A stretch of 64,000 nt of DNA, from assembly GCA_016844745.1 (NCBI GenBank), contig JAERMQ010000009.1:7184-71183 (forward strand). Reading direction: 5' to 3'. The notes under the pieces were generated by a model. The model did not search any database. It saw nothing but the letters and a program-made list of their open reading frames with translations, and was not told where the DNA came from. The position numbers and the translations under genes were made by a program. Positions 28,028 to 37,904 of this stretch are shown here, one piece after another. This DNA is from Ignavibacteria bacterium (GTDB lineage: Bacteria; Bacteroidota; Ignavibacteria; Kapaibacteriales; UBA2268). Within the stretch, counting starts at the first letter, position 1. The number at the start of each line of letters is the position of its first letter.

Positions 28028-29259
28028 TTGTTCATCCTCATTGATGGCGCTGTGTCGATGTAATATTTTGGCGTTACGGATGGAAATATTTGTTCCGCAA
28101 TATCGAGAGCCTCGACGAATAAGCTATGAAGCAGCAGCACCGAATATTGAAATTTCTCTGCTAAAAATGAAAACAGTGTTACCGGGCAATATGGAATATC
28201 ACCGGCTCCGTCCTTATTTATATCGTAACCCTTATAACGGCTCCAATAATTACCTAAGAATATATTTTTGCCGTAACCGCTCGTAGCTGCAGCATCAAAA
28301 GTATTACCGATAAAATTATTTTTTATAAAAGTATTATCAGTGCAATTAGCAAGGATTTTCAAAGCCCAGCCGTTTTTTTCAAAGGTATTATGTTCCAATT
28401 TAACTCTGTTGATTCCTTCGGAAAAAACAGCAATCGTATTTTTAGTAAAGGTATTCCTTTCAATTCTGCTATCCTTAATATCCTTCAGGAGAAGCCCAAA
28501 TGATGCGGTGCCCCAGTTGTGAACGAATTTATTCCCCGTCATATCTATATATCTCGTGTACATAACTGCAACCCCGGCTCCATTTTCTATAAATGAATTA
28601 TTAATATAATGGCAACTGTCCGAAAACATAAAATGCAATCCATACCTGATGTTATGCATACTTTCATTTCCTTCTATGCGGCTTCCACGAACGAATTCGA
28701 AATAGATGCCGTCCCTATGACCTTGTACTTTATTGTTGCGGATATGTATATTATTGCAATGCCAGAGATGAATACCATTCCCGTTTATGCTTTCGCGCTT
28801 ACCGGTGGAACTCAATTTATTTCCTGAAATGATGCAATTATTGGTATTGGCGAGGTAAATACCGAAAAAGCAATTATTTATCTTGTTGTTTTTAACAATG
28901 CAATCCGTTGACTTAATAAATTTTATCGCAGCGTTATCGGATGTATGATTATATGGGACATTCTTTAATAATAAACCATTAAATTCAACTCCGGATGCGG
29001 TAATCGAAAATAAATTACCCTTGCATGATGAAGCGTCAATCTCCGGATAATCAACACCAATTATTGATAATCTCTTATCGATTTTTATGCCGGAAGATGT
29101 ATAATTCCCTTTTGCAATAAGCAAGGTATCGCCTGCTTTAGCAAGAGCAACAGCCTTTGCAATGGAAGGAGAATCCTTGTCGATTTTTATTATTCCTGCA
29201 ATAGAGTTGCTGGAAAATAAAACCAAAAGCATTAGTGCAATAAATAGCTTTGAAAACAT
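28024..29259 (-). CDS. nosD: NosD nitrous oxide reductase maturation protein
   Basis: Parallel beta-helix; GNGIHLW, HRDGIYFE, RYGLHFMFS, GNYWSRY.GYD..KDG.GD.PY. Confidence 0.95.
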   Translation of the reverse strand: MFSKLFIALMLLVLFSSNSIAGIIKIDKDSPSIAKAVALAKAGDTLLIAKGNYTSSGIKIDKRLSIIGVDYPEIDASSCKGNLFSITASGVEFNGLLLKNVPYNHTSDNAAIKFIKSTDCIVKNNKINNCFFGIYLANTNNCIISGNKLSSTGKRESINGNGIHLWHCNNIHIRNNKVQGHRDGIYFEFVRGSRIEGNESMHNIRYGLHFMFSDSCHYINNSFIENGAGVAVMYTRYIDMTGNKFVHNWGTASFGLLLKDIKDSRIERNTFTKNTIAVFSEGINRVKLEHNTFEKNGWALKILANCTDNTFIKNNFIGNTFDAAATSGYGKNIFLGNYWSRYKGYDINKDGAGDIPYCPVTLFSFLAEKFQYSVLLLHSLFVEALDIAEQIFPSVTPKYYIDTAPSMRMNK

Positions 29260-29303
29260 CTATATTAAGTTTTATAATCTTTAAAATTTTTGTAACTTCT
29301 ATT

Positions 29304-29430
29304 AAAAAGAGAAACCCTCTAACCCCCTTTGAAAAAGGGGGAACTCTTCTTCTTCTATTTCTACTTCTACTTCTATGTTCTACTTCTATGTTCTACTTCT
29401 ATAACCGGGGTTAGGGGGTTTCTCTTTTTT
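29304..29430. repeat. Family B element carrying family H microsatellite (TTCTAC/TTCTATG units)
   Basis: Lies between nosL and nosD. Confidence 0.85.
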
Positions 29431-29431
29431 C

Positions 29432-30472
29432 TTACTCTTCCAACGCTAACTTTGAAAGTTCGCTCCAGTTCAACGTATCAAATTTCGATTCCAATTTTAA
29501 TTTGGGGATTTCTTCTTTTGATACTAACGATACGGCATTAAGTCCCATTGGGGAATGGAACTCGAGCGAACGGACGTAAGTCGCATGTTCAGCATTTATA
29601 AATACGCCGGGATTTAAGTAATTTATTGTCCACAGAGAATGAATCTTTTCATCTTTCAAATTTTTATCTTTATATGCAATCATACATTCGACAACATCAA
29701 ATTTATGAATTTTTCCTTTATCAGTAATTATTTCCGCACCCCATTTCGAATCAACAATCGTCATCTTGCAGTGAGCACAGGCATCCGAACCGAGTACTAT
29801 CGGCTGTGGCTCCTTTGCACAGCCTGTTACTCCCGATAAAATAACAATCGCTGAAATTACTAATGCTGCAGTGGTTCCGGGTTGTCCACTTTGGACTGAG
29901 GGTTTAGTATTCTTTTTTCTAAAAAGTGATATTATGAAAAGAATTAATGAGAATCCCGCACAATAGGCTCCGAGATAGGGCCACGATATAGCATTGAAAT
30001 TAAGAAGCTGTTTCGAACCAATCAGGGGTGGCTGATATGCCATTCCTGTAATTTTTATAGCTGCTTTCGGATTTAAATTATGCCCGTAATCGTATTCCCA
30101 TAAGTAGAAGTCATACAGTCCATAAATTAATCCTGCTAAAAAAATCACAATCCAAACCGTAGTGATAGCTTTTTTATCGAATATAAAAGCAATAAATCCT
30201 AAAAAGAGCATGAAGCCTATGAAATAAGGCATAATCTTGAGTTCCGGGATCGATTCAGGCTCTATACGCTTCATCCCAATATAATGATTAAGTCCGTTAA
30301 GGCTTTCCAGGTCATGCTCTTTATGACCGGTTATTTTATCTATATGAATATAGATACCCAAACCTTCGGGATACTGAGGAGCTTCCAAAGATATGCTCCA
30401 TATTGGGAGGAAATAAATCGGGATTAGTACTAATATTCCAATGAACATTAGTACTCTTGTTTTGGTTATCAT
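29432..30472 (-). CDS. nosL: NosB-like membrane protein fused to NosL copper chaperone
   Basis: N-part LEAPQYPEGL, LNHYIGM, YDYGHNL, YQPPLIG (clade II NosB); C-part CAHCKM, FDVVECM, SPMG (NosL); probable start 30472 rather than 30604. Confidence 0.88.
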   Translation of the reverse strand: MITKTRVLMFIGILVLIPIYFLPIWSISLEAPQYPEGLGIYIHIDKITGHKEHDLESLNGLNHYIGMKRIEPESIPELKIMPYFIGFMLFLGFIAFIFDKKAITTVWIVIFLAGLIYGLYDFYLWEYDYGHNLNPKAAIKITGMAYQPPLIGSKQLLNFNAISWPYLGAYCAGFSLILFIISLFRKKNTKPSVQSGQPGTTAALVISAIVILSGVTGCAKEPQPIVLGSDACAHCKMTIVDSKWGAEIITDKGKIHKFDVVECMIAYKDKNLKDEKIHSLWTINYLNPGVFINAEHATYVRSLEFHSPMGLNAVSLVSKEEIPKLKLESKFDTLNWSELSKLALEE

Positions 30473-30499
30473 GTGAGTATCAATAAAATTTATAATACT

Positions 30500-30550
30500 A
30501 AAAAAATAATCCTCTCCTGTCGTAAGCTTGCTTCGGACAAGAGAGGATAA
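30500..30550 (-). terminator. Intra-operon terminator-like hairpin after nosZ
   Basis: Minus strand ATCCTCTCTTGTC..GACAGGAGAGGAT followed by TATTTTTTT. Confidence 0.65.
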
Positions 30551-30610
30551 GAAACTTATGACACATACCTGTATAAACCTGTTTTCATATAGGTTTATAC
30601 ACAATAAAAT

Positions 30611-32566
30611 TTATTCTTGTTTACCCCAGGAAACTTCACCTTTTGACTTAGCAGGCGAAACACGCACATATCCTTGCATCTCCTGATGAAGCGCCGAACA
30701 GAAATCCGTACAATACATCGGAAACATACCTGCTGTCTTTGGTTCCCATTTAAGGGTTTGTGTTTCACCAGGCATGATAAGCAATTCGGCATTTTGGCAA
30801 CCTTTAATTGCAAAGCCATGGGGAATGTCCCAGTCTTGTTCCAGATTAGTAACGTGGAAATAAACTTCATCACCAACTTTAATGCCTTCAATATTATCAG
30901 GAGTAAAGTGCGAACGAATAGCAATCATATAAACATGAACAACATTTCCTTGCCTTACTACTTTAGCGTTATCAGGTGAAATGGTTTTGTACGCATGATT
31001 ATTTTCTTCCATCTTGAAGAATTTTACCTGTTTATCTTTGATTGTTGAAGCTAATATTGCCTGAGCATAATGCGGCTCGCCAATAGTCGGGAAGTCGGAG
31101 AGCAATTTCATTTTATCACCGGTAATATCAATCAACTGAGCTGATTGGCATAATTCGGGACCTGTCGGAAGATATCTGTCTTTTGTAATTTTATTCAAAG
31201 CAATAACATATTTGCCATAGGGCTTCTTTGTATCGCCGCCTGGTACCAATAAGTGACCAATTGAATAATAAGTCGGGATTCTGTCAACAACTTTGAAATC
31301 CTTTGTACTCCATTTGGTAATTTCCGATGATACGAACATTGAAGTATATCCGAATCCTTTTCCATCAAATTCGGAATGCAGCGGACCTAAACCGCAGTTC
31401 AGTACTTCACCGGCAAGAACGGATTCATAGTTTAAAACAGGAATGCCATTGACGGTTTTATCAATCTTCTTATCTTCAATTGCCTTCAACATTTTTGTAA
31501 ATGAAAAGCAGGTTATTTGTGCAGCCAGTTTACCTCCACCTACTATTAATTCACCTTCAGGGTCAACATCGCATCCGTGCGGAGATTTCGGTGTCGGCAT
31601 AAAATAAACCAAACCGGGACATTCTTCTGGAGTAAGAACCAATACTTTATCTTCAACCTTTGAGGTTGCCGTATGCGTTTTATCGTCATAAGTATTATGG
31701 TAATATGATGCAGAAACAAGCTTTCCTTTGTTTTGAGCAATGTACTCTTCAGCTTTTTTCCAGTTTACTGCTGCAATGTAATCTTTGTCGTTCTGGCTTG
31801 AATTAACTTCCTTTAATGTATTTGCTTCTTCGGAATTATAGGTTGAGAAGAACATCCAGCCGTGGGATTTCCCTTTTCCAGGGCGAGCTAAATCATAATC
31901 ATAACCCGGCATAAGTATCTGGAATGCTATACTCATTTTACCTTCTTTAGCCACTTTGATAAATGATAGTATGCCTTTGAAGTTTTGTTTGTAACTATCA
32001 ATCGGAACATCCCCATCGCCAAAGGGAATTGAAAATCTCGTACCCGCAACTACATATTCGGTATTTTCAGTTGTAAATGGAGATGAGTGGTTACCGGCGC
32101 TATTTGGGATTTCGATGATTTCCTGCGTTCTGAATGTAGTTAAATCAATTCTTGCTATTCTTGGAGTATTGTTACCGTTAATAAATATCCATCGTCCGTC
32201 GTGTTCTCCGTTAGTTTGAGATAATGTTGGGTGGTGTGCATCATCCCAGGGAATGAAACCATGAGAAGTCATAAGCATAGGCTTTGTTTCTTCGGTATAG
32301 CCCCAGCCTTTTTCGGGGTCTTGGGCGAAAACAGGAATAACGCGGAATAATCTACCGCTTGGAATACCATAAACACCTATTTGTCCACTGAAACCACCGG
32401 ACAGAAAGGCATAAAATTCGTCATACTGACCGGGTGCAACATAAACCCTGGAAGGCGCATCGCTCGATACTCTGCCGTTTTTCTTTGTGCCTGTACATCT
32501 GGACATTAAAAATATGCCTGCCACTAATATTACCGACAAAGCTGAATAAACAACATATTTTTTCAT
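30611..32566 (-). CDS. nosZ: Sec-dependent (clade II) nitrous oxide reductase
   Basis: CuZ His motifs DDAHHP, GNHS, SPHG, GPLH, IGH, EPH; CuA HGF..CTDFCSALHQEM; Sec/lipoprotein-like signal with no twin-Arg. Confidence 0.97.
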   Translation of the reverse strand: MKKYVVYSALSVILVAGIFLMSRCTGTKKNGRVSSDAPSRVYVAPGQYDEFYAFLSGGFSGQIGVYGIPSGRLFRVIPVFAQDPEKGWGYTEETKPMLMTSHGFIPWDDAHHPTLSQTNGEHDGRWIFINGNNTPRIARIDLTTFRTQEIIEIPNSAGNHSSPFTTENTEYVVAGTRFSIPFGDGDVPIDSYKQNFKGILSFIKVAKEGKMSIAFQILMPGYDYDLARPGKGKSHGWMFFSTYNSEEANTLKEVNSSQNDKDYIAAVNWKKAEEYIAQNKGKLVSASYYHNTYDDKTHTATSKVEDKVLVLTPEECPGLVYFMPTPKSPHGCDVDPEGELIVGGGKLAAQITCFSFTKMLKAIEDKKIDKTVNGIPVLNYESVLAGEVLNCGLGPLHSEFDGKGFGYTSMFVSSEITKWSTKDFKVVDRIPTYYSIGHLLVPGGDTKKPYGKYVIALNKITKDRYLPTGPELCQSAQLIDITGDKMKLLSDFPTIGEPHYAQAILASTIKDKQVKFFKMEENNHAYKTISPDNAKVVRQGNVVHVYMIAIRSHFTPDNIEGIKVGDEVYFHVTNLEQDWDIPHGFAIKGCQNAELLIMPGETQTLKWEPKTAGMFPMYCTDFCSALHQEMQGYVRVSPAKSKGEVSWGKQE

Positions 32567-32587
32567 AAAAAACTCCCTTTTATAAAA

Positions 32588-33043
32588 TTACTTGGAACCC
32601 GAAATATCCCGCAAATGTTCATATATTGCGAGCGCTTCGTTTTGATTAACATTTTGATTTGTCATTTTTGTAAGATAAGTTTTCACAAGAGCTATAATTG
32701 TATCGTTTTTCTCCTGCATTTGTTCCGGATACATAATCATGCTGACTATATATTCAGGGGTGCGTTTTTTTGTGATTCCGCGTAGTGGAGGACCAACCAA
32801 ACGGGTATCATATTTATGGCATGCAACACATTTTATAGAGAATGCAGATTTACCCTTATCAGCTAAGGCTTGATTGAAAGCCCCGATATTTAAATCTTTT
32901 ACAACAGTGAAATCAGGTGAAGTTTCTTCGCTACAACCTGGAAATATAGCTAAAATGAATGATATCATCATAAAGGTGAAGGTTGCTTTGAGAAAAGATT
33001 CACAGCCATTTCCCGGTGTATTGAATAGGTTTAATTTTTGCAT
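32588..33043 (-). CDS. Monoheme cytochrome c lipoprotein associated with nosZ
   Basis: CVACH heme motif, GPPL, distal Met (TKM); lipobox-like FPGC. Confidence 0.88.
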   Translation of the reverse strand: MQKLNLFNTPGNGCESFLKATFTFMMISFILAIFPGCSEETSPDFTVVKDLNIGAFNQALADKGKSAFSIKCVACHKYDTRLVGPPLRGITKKRTPEYIVSMIMYPEQMQEKNDTIIALVKTYLTKMTNQNVNQNEALAIYEHLRDISGSK

Positions 33044-33172
33044 TTATAAAACTCCTTTTATTATAATAACTAAATAGAATTACAAATTAAATATTTTTTT
33101 TCCAATTTCAATTACTTAAATTTTCTATCAGTGTTTGTACTTGATAATGGTTTAATGAATTATATAATAAAA

Positions 33173-33364
33173 TTAATTAATTAAGGCAATTGAAGTAACG
33201 ATATTACCGCGTCTCAAATCCTGGAGGATTTTTGTGAGATAATGAAACGGAATCCGGGTTGCTTCGGAAATACGTGAAATTGGTATAAGAGTTGCTTCCG
33301 GCTGGGAGGCAAGGTAAATTGTAGCTTTTATACCGTAAATTCCGGCTTTAGAAATAATGTTCAT
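33173..33364 (-). pseudogene. Truncated Rrf2-family transcriptional regulator
   Basis: SKAGIYGIKATIYLA..ISEATRIPFHYLTKILQDL.R.NIV.S; stops before the conserved G..GG wing; no continuation seen in other frames. Confidence 0.8.
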
Positions 33365-33366
33365 AT

Positions 33367-33400
33367 CTTTTAATCAGATAATAATGTCCGAAATTAAAAG
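33367..33400. promoter_or_regulatory. Imperfect palindrome, candidate Rrf2 operator
   Basis: CTTTTAAT-CAGATAATAATGTCCGAA-ATTAAAAG, directly upstream of the Rrf2 start. Confidence 0.45.
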
Positions 33401-33545
33401 ATTTTTTTTAGAAATCCAAGAAAAATTTAGCGAAAGCAGAAAAAAATTATTTTGTCAGCATATTTTTTTTTATATAAATTCTATTTTACTAAAATTTTCT
33501 TTTGTAATTTTGTATTCCATTTATGGATATTTTTAGTTAAGGAAA

Positions 33546-34022
33546 GTGAATATGTCAGCGAAAGTGTTTGAAGTAGACGACAATATCGAAGGTTATCCGC
33601 CAATTTTGATTATAGATGATGACCCATGGGTTCAGAAAATCCTGACTTCCCATTTCAAATCATGGGGATTCAAAACTTTATCGGCAGCTCATCCAACTGA
33701 TGGTATGGCTATGGCGGTGAATTTCAAACCCAGTATGATAATTTTGGATGTTATTCTTCCTGATATAAAGGGGATTTTACTCCTGAAAATGTTAAAGAAA
33801 ATCGATATAACCGCAGATGTGCCGGTTATTATCCTTTCCGGTGACTTCGATAAGCAGGTAATTGAAGAAGCCATGCGCTTAGGCGTTAATTCGATTATGA
33901 GCAAACCATTTTCCGAGAAAGTCCTGGTTGAGAAACTCCAAGCCTGCCTTGGTTATGCTGTTCTATACAAAATGAATATTGATAAGAATAATATTTCAAG
34001 TATTCCAATAGTGAAAATGTAA
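33546..34022 (+). CDS. Single-domain response regulator (CheY-like)
   Basis: ILIIDDD, IILDVILPD, VIILSG, SKPF. Confidence 0.9.
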   Translation: MNMSAKVFEVDDNIEGYPPILIIDDDPWVQKILTSHFKSWGFKTLSAAHPTDGMAMAVNFKPSMIILDVILPDIKGILLLKMLKKIDITADVPVIILSGDFDKQVIEEAMRLGVNSIMSKPFSEKVLVEKLQACLGYAVLYKMNIDKNNISSIPIVKM

Positions 34023-34034
34023 GTTCAATTAATT

Positions 34035-34172
34035 TTGAGTCCACTCTAAAAAGCATTTTTTGTGAAAATTACATTCCAAAACCGGAATTTTTGGAATGAG
34101 AAATATCAAAGACTTACTAATTCCAAAGTTGTACTTTGGAATTTAATTTTTTACTTTTTAGAGTGAATTCAA
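34035..34172. mobile_element. MITE-like element family D, copy 2
   Basis: Near-identical to 18879-19014. Confidence 0.8.
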
Positions 34173-34192
34173 TTTTTGAAAAATTATAATTA

Positions 34193-34226
34193 AAAAAAGT
34201 CTGGTGAAACTCAGGCTTTTTTTTTT
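34193..34226 (+). terminator. Probable intrinsic terminator
   Basis: AGTCTG..CAGGCT stem followed by a long T run. Confidence 0.55.
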
Positions 34227-34434
34227 ACAAAATGTGAACTGCAGCCGGAATAGCATTGATTATCCATATTTAGTTAATCCTAATTATTATATTAGTAAAT
34301 ACAAAGATATTTGTATAGTACAAATAATGTAAATTATAATAAAATGAACAAAATAAATTTTGATTAATTAATTATTTTTCTTAAGTTGTTCTAACGAAAA
34401 TTTTTTGTTTGTTTTATTTTAATTAGGGATTTTT

Positions 34435-35793
34435 ATGAATAAAAAGATTATGCTAAACGAATCCGACATCCCTCGTCAATGGTACAACATTACCGCTGAC
34501 ATGCCCAACAAACCGCTGCCGCCCTTGCATCCAGGGACTAAACAACCGGTTGGACCTCAGGACCTCGCTCCGCTTTTTCCTATGGAATTAATTAAACAGG
34601 AGGTATCGACCGAAAGATATATAGAAATCCCTGATGAAATCATTGAGATTTACAAAATGTGGCGACCATCACCACTCTACCGAGCCGATAAATTTGAGAA
34701 ATTGTTGGATGCCCCAGTCAAAATTTATTATAAATACGAAGGTGTCAGCCCAAGCGGTTCACACAAGCCAAATACAGCGGTAGCCCAGGCTTATTATAAT
34801 AAAAAGGAAGGGGTAAAACGAATAGCAACTGAGACAGGTGCAGGACAATGGGGAACTGCTCTTAGTTTTGCCTGTGCACAATTTGGCTTGGAATGCGACG
34901 TTTATATGGTTCGGATTAGTTATGACCAAAAGCCTTACAGAAAAGTTATGATGAATACTTTCGGCGCTAATGTTTATGCTTCACCAAGCAATAGAACTCA
35001 AGCAGGAAGAAATATTTTAGAACAAGACCCAAATTCTCCCGGTAGCTTAGGCATCGCAATTTCGGAAGCAATAGAGATTGCGGCTCAAGACCCAGATACG
35101 AAATATTCTTTAGGTTCTGTGCTTAATCATGTATTAATGCACCAAACGATAATAGGTCAGGAAGCCGAAAAGCAAATGGAATATGCAGGCGATTTTCCCG
35201 ATATAATTATTGCTCCGCTTGGCGGTGGCTCTAATTTTGCCGGTATTTCATTCCCGTTTTTAAAGCATAAACTGACAAATGGTACTAAACTTAGATGCAT
35301 TGCCGTCGAGCCGGCGTCCTGCCCTAAGCTTACAAGAGGAAAATTTATGTATGACTTCGGCGATACTGCCGGATATACTCCGCTACTTCCGATGTATACT
35401 TTAGGGCATAATTTTAAGCCTGCCGCAATTCATGCAGGCGGACTTCGTTATCATGGCGCAAGTGTGCTATGCAGCCAGCTATTAAAGGATGGGTTGATAG
35501 AAGCACAGGCGATTCAACAATTGGAATGTTTCGAAGCCGGGGTGGCATTCACTAAAGCTGAAGGAATTATTCCTGCACCCGAAGCTACCCATGGTATTGC
35601 TCAGGTAATTCGAGAAGCAAGACGTGCAAAAGAGGAAGGCACTCAAAAGACAATTTTATTCAATCTATGCGGGCATGGCTTGGTTGATATGCAGGCTTAT
35701 CAGGATTATTTCGATGGTAAATTGCATGACCATTCATTTTCCGATGAGGAATTACAAGCAGACTTGCCGAATATAGCTGCGCTGCAACCATAA
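34435..35793 (+). CDS. trpB2: TrpB2 (tryptophan synthase beta chain type 2)
   Basis: WRPSPLYRA, YKYEGVSPSGSHKPNTA, TETGAGQWG, LGSVLNHV, HAGGLRYHG. Confidence 0.95.
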   Translation: MNKKIMLNESDIPRQWYNITADMPNKPLPPLHPGTKQPVGPQDLAPLFPMELIKQEVSTERYIEIPDEIIEIYKMWRPSPLYRADKFEKLLDAPVKIYYKYEGVSPSGSHKPNTAVAQAYYNKKEGVKRIATETGAGQWGTALSFACAQFGLECDVYMVRISYDQKPYRKVMMNTFGANVYASPSNRTQAGRNILEQDPNSPGSLGIAISEAIEIAAQDPDTKYSLGSVLNHVLMHQTIIGQEAEKQMEYAGDFPDIIIAPLGGGSNFAGISFPFLKHKLTNGTKLRCIAVEPASCPKLTRGKFMYDFGDTAGYTPLLPMYTLGHNFKPAAIHAGGLRYHGASVLCSQLLKDGLIEAQAIQQLECFEAGVAFTKAEGIIPAPEATHGIAQVIREARRAKEEGTQKTILFNLCGHGLVDMQAYQDYFDGKLHDHSFSDEELQADLPNIAALQP

Positions 35794-35950
35794 ACTGTGG
35801 AATTCTATTGTGCTTCAGGGAATAATTCCAAATTTACCCTCATTCCTAACATATTCTTTAAGTAGAGAAGAGACTAAGGGGTGAGGGTATGTTCTTGATA
35901 CATAAATATGGATTAAAAGCAAAAGGATATATCATAGACCATTAAAATTC

Positions 35951-36700
35951 TTAATTCGTAATTCTTAATTTATCAATGTATTCAAGAATATCACTCCATG
36001 AATCAGCAACATAATCTGCAAGAGAGTCACCATTATTATCGACTCCATGGCGTGCTGTCGGGTCGCCGGTAAATTTTATGGCTTTCATCCCTAAATTCTT
36101 TGCGCCAATAATATCCGTTGCTTCTATATCTCCGATATGAATAGCTTCTTCAGGTGAAATGGATAATTCATTTAGAGCAGTTAGAAATGCTTTAGGATGC
36201 GGCTTGGATACACCTGTTTCATCCGAAAAACTCATAGCACTGAAATATTTAGCTATTCCGGATTGTTCTAATAATTGACGCAGCTCTGTTCCCTTCGAAA
36301 ATCCGGTATCCGATACGATTGCAAGTTCGAATTTACCGGTAATGGCTTCAATTACCTTTGGAACACTTTCCATCAAATCGGGAGGATGTACGAGAATCGC
36401 CTCTCCGAAATGGCGTGCTACTTCGCTGAGTATAGTATAATCATAAGGAACTTTCATATAATTCAGAAAAAATCCGACAGTGTCTTCGGGTGCAGGTGTA
36501 CGGCTGTCATTGAGCCAGATTTTATTGAAATATTCCCATGATGCACGCATTGCATCTTCGAACTCAATCTGGGATGGATTGCAACCTGTGGATTGAATTG
36601 CATTCTTTAGCTGTTCATGCCTGTATTCGTTTCTTTTGATTCCGTTACCGGAATTATAAAGGGTATTCCAGAAATCTATCGTTATAGCTTTTATTTTCAT
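35951..36700 (-). CDS. HAD-superfamily hydrolase
   Basis: ITIDFWNTL motif I variant, VSDT, KPHP, HIGD..TD. Confidence 0.88.
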   Translation of the reverse strand: MKIKAITIDFWNTLYNSGNGIKRNEYRHEQLKNAIQSTGCNPSQIEFEDAMRASWEYFNKIWLNDSRTPAPEDTVGFFLNYMKVPYDYTILSEVARHFGEAILVHPPDLMESVPKVIEAITGKFELAIVSDTGFSKGTELRQLLEQSGIAKYFSAMSFSDETGVSKPHPKAFLTALNELSISPEEAIHIGDIEATDIIGAKNLGMKAIKFTGDPTARHGVDNNGDSLADYVADSWSDILEYIDKLRITN

Positions 36701-36719
36701 AATTATTTAAGTTCCTATC

Positions 36720-36835
36720 AAAAGAAGAAAAACCCCCTAACCCCCGGTTTTAGAAGTAGAACATGGAAGTTGAATATAGAAGTAGAAAAAATTCCCCCTT
36801 TTTCAAAGGGGGTTAGGGGGTTTTTCTTCTTTTGA
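36720..36835. repeat. Family B element with family H insert
   Basis: CCCCCTAACCCCC-GGTTTTAGAAGTAGAAC...AAAGGGGGTTAGGGGG. Confidence 0.85.
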
Positions 36836-36936
36836 TTTAAATTAACTATAAATTAGTATCATAAATAAATCTTTTCCAAATAAAATAAAATTCCTAATTA
36901 TTACGTAATTTGATTTTTCAAAATACTAAGAATTTT

Positions 36937-37896
36937 ATGAATAACATCAATAGTATAGATAAGAAGTATGGAATAAAAAAATTCCTGAACATCTTTGTAA
37001 GTTTGAGCCTCATAACATTTTCTTCAGTGATGAAATTATCAGCTCAGGAAAATATTTTTCATGATATTAATACTGGCAACGAAATCGAATATGTCGTACG
37101 GCTTACAAATGGCGATATACTGACCGGTACTGTAGTTGAAATGATTTCCAGCACGGAGAACGGCGAAGGTATGAAGTTTAAAACAAGTTTGGGAATAGCT
37201 CCGGTTTGGGGAAAACAAATAGCTGGTATTACACCATATTCAACTTACAACCGGCATAGTCATAGGATATACTTTTTACCGACTGCAGAACCGATAGGAC
37301 AGAACTATTTTGTCGGGATTTTCGAGATGCTTTTTGTATATGCCGGAGCGGGAGTTTCCGATTGGCTCTCCTTTACTGCAGGGCGTTCGTTGATACCGGG
37401 TATTCCATCGAATCATCAAATAACTGATTTTAACATAAAAACGACTTTCTATTCCCAATTTTATGAAGAATACTATGCAAGAATATCCTTTGCTGCGGGG
37501 TGCAATTATGGCTTGATTAACCACGATAATGAGCTGGTTCATTTTTATGTATGCGGAACTTATCGTGGGAATAAATCAATTATTACTGCATCTATTTTCT
37601 ACAAAGCAATGAGCAAGGATTTCTATTTGTTGAAATTCGGACCTAACATGATAGACTTACCTTACGAGAACGGCTCGATGGGTATTGGCTTTGGAATAGA
37701 TACTAAATTTACTTCATGGAACGATTTGCATTTTATCGGCGAACTATGGAACAGCAATATCGGTAAGCCGACAAATACAGGAATAATGCTTGGATTTCGA
37801 ATTGCCAATACCCAGGTAGGCGCCGATTTCGGTATCGCTTTTTTTACACAACCGCTATATATACCCTTTATGAGTTTTGTCTGGACGCCGTTTTAA
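36937..37896 (+). CDS. Hypothetical exported protein, possible outer-membrane beta-barrel
   Basis: Signal peptide (..KLSAQ), V.LTNGD.L.G.V N-domain, amphipathic strands, C-terminal Phe. Confidence 0.6.
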   Translation: MNNINSIDKKYGIKKFLNIFVSLSLITFSSVMKLSAQENIFHDINTGNEIEYVVRLTNGDILTGTVVEMISSTENGEGMKFKTSLGIAPVWGKQIAGITPYSTYNRHSHRIYFLPTAEPIGQNYFVGIFEMLFVYAGAGVSDWLSFTAGRSLIPGIPSNHQITDFNIKTTFYSQFYEEYYARISFAAGCNYGLINHDNELVHFYVCGTYRGNKSIITASIFYKAMSKDFYLLKFGPNMIDLPYENGSMGIGFGIDTKFTSWNDLHFIGELWNSNIGKPTNTGIMLGFRIANTQVGADFGIAFFTQPLYIPFMSFVWTPF

Positions 37897-37904
37897 AAAT
37901 ATTA

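Noticed and set aside
29329..29541. 70-aa ORF with FYFYFY run
   Set aside because: Translation of the family B/H repeat, antisense to nosL
30473..30604. N-terminal 44 codons of the 390-aa ORF
   Set aside because: Overlaps a terminator-like hairpin; NosB similarity starts at Met 30472
33126..33147. FNR/DNR box upstream of the nos cluster
   Set aside because: TATCA..TGATA arms have the wrong orientation and spacing for TTGAT-N4-ATCAA
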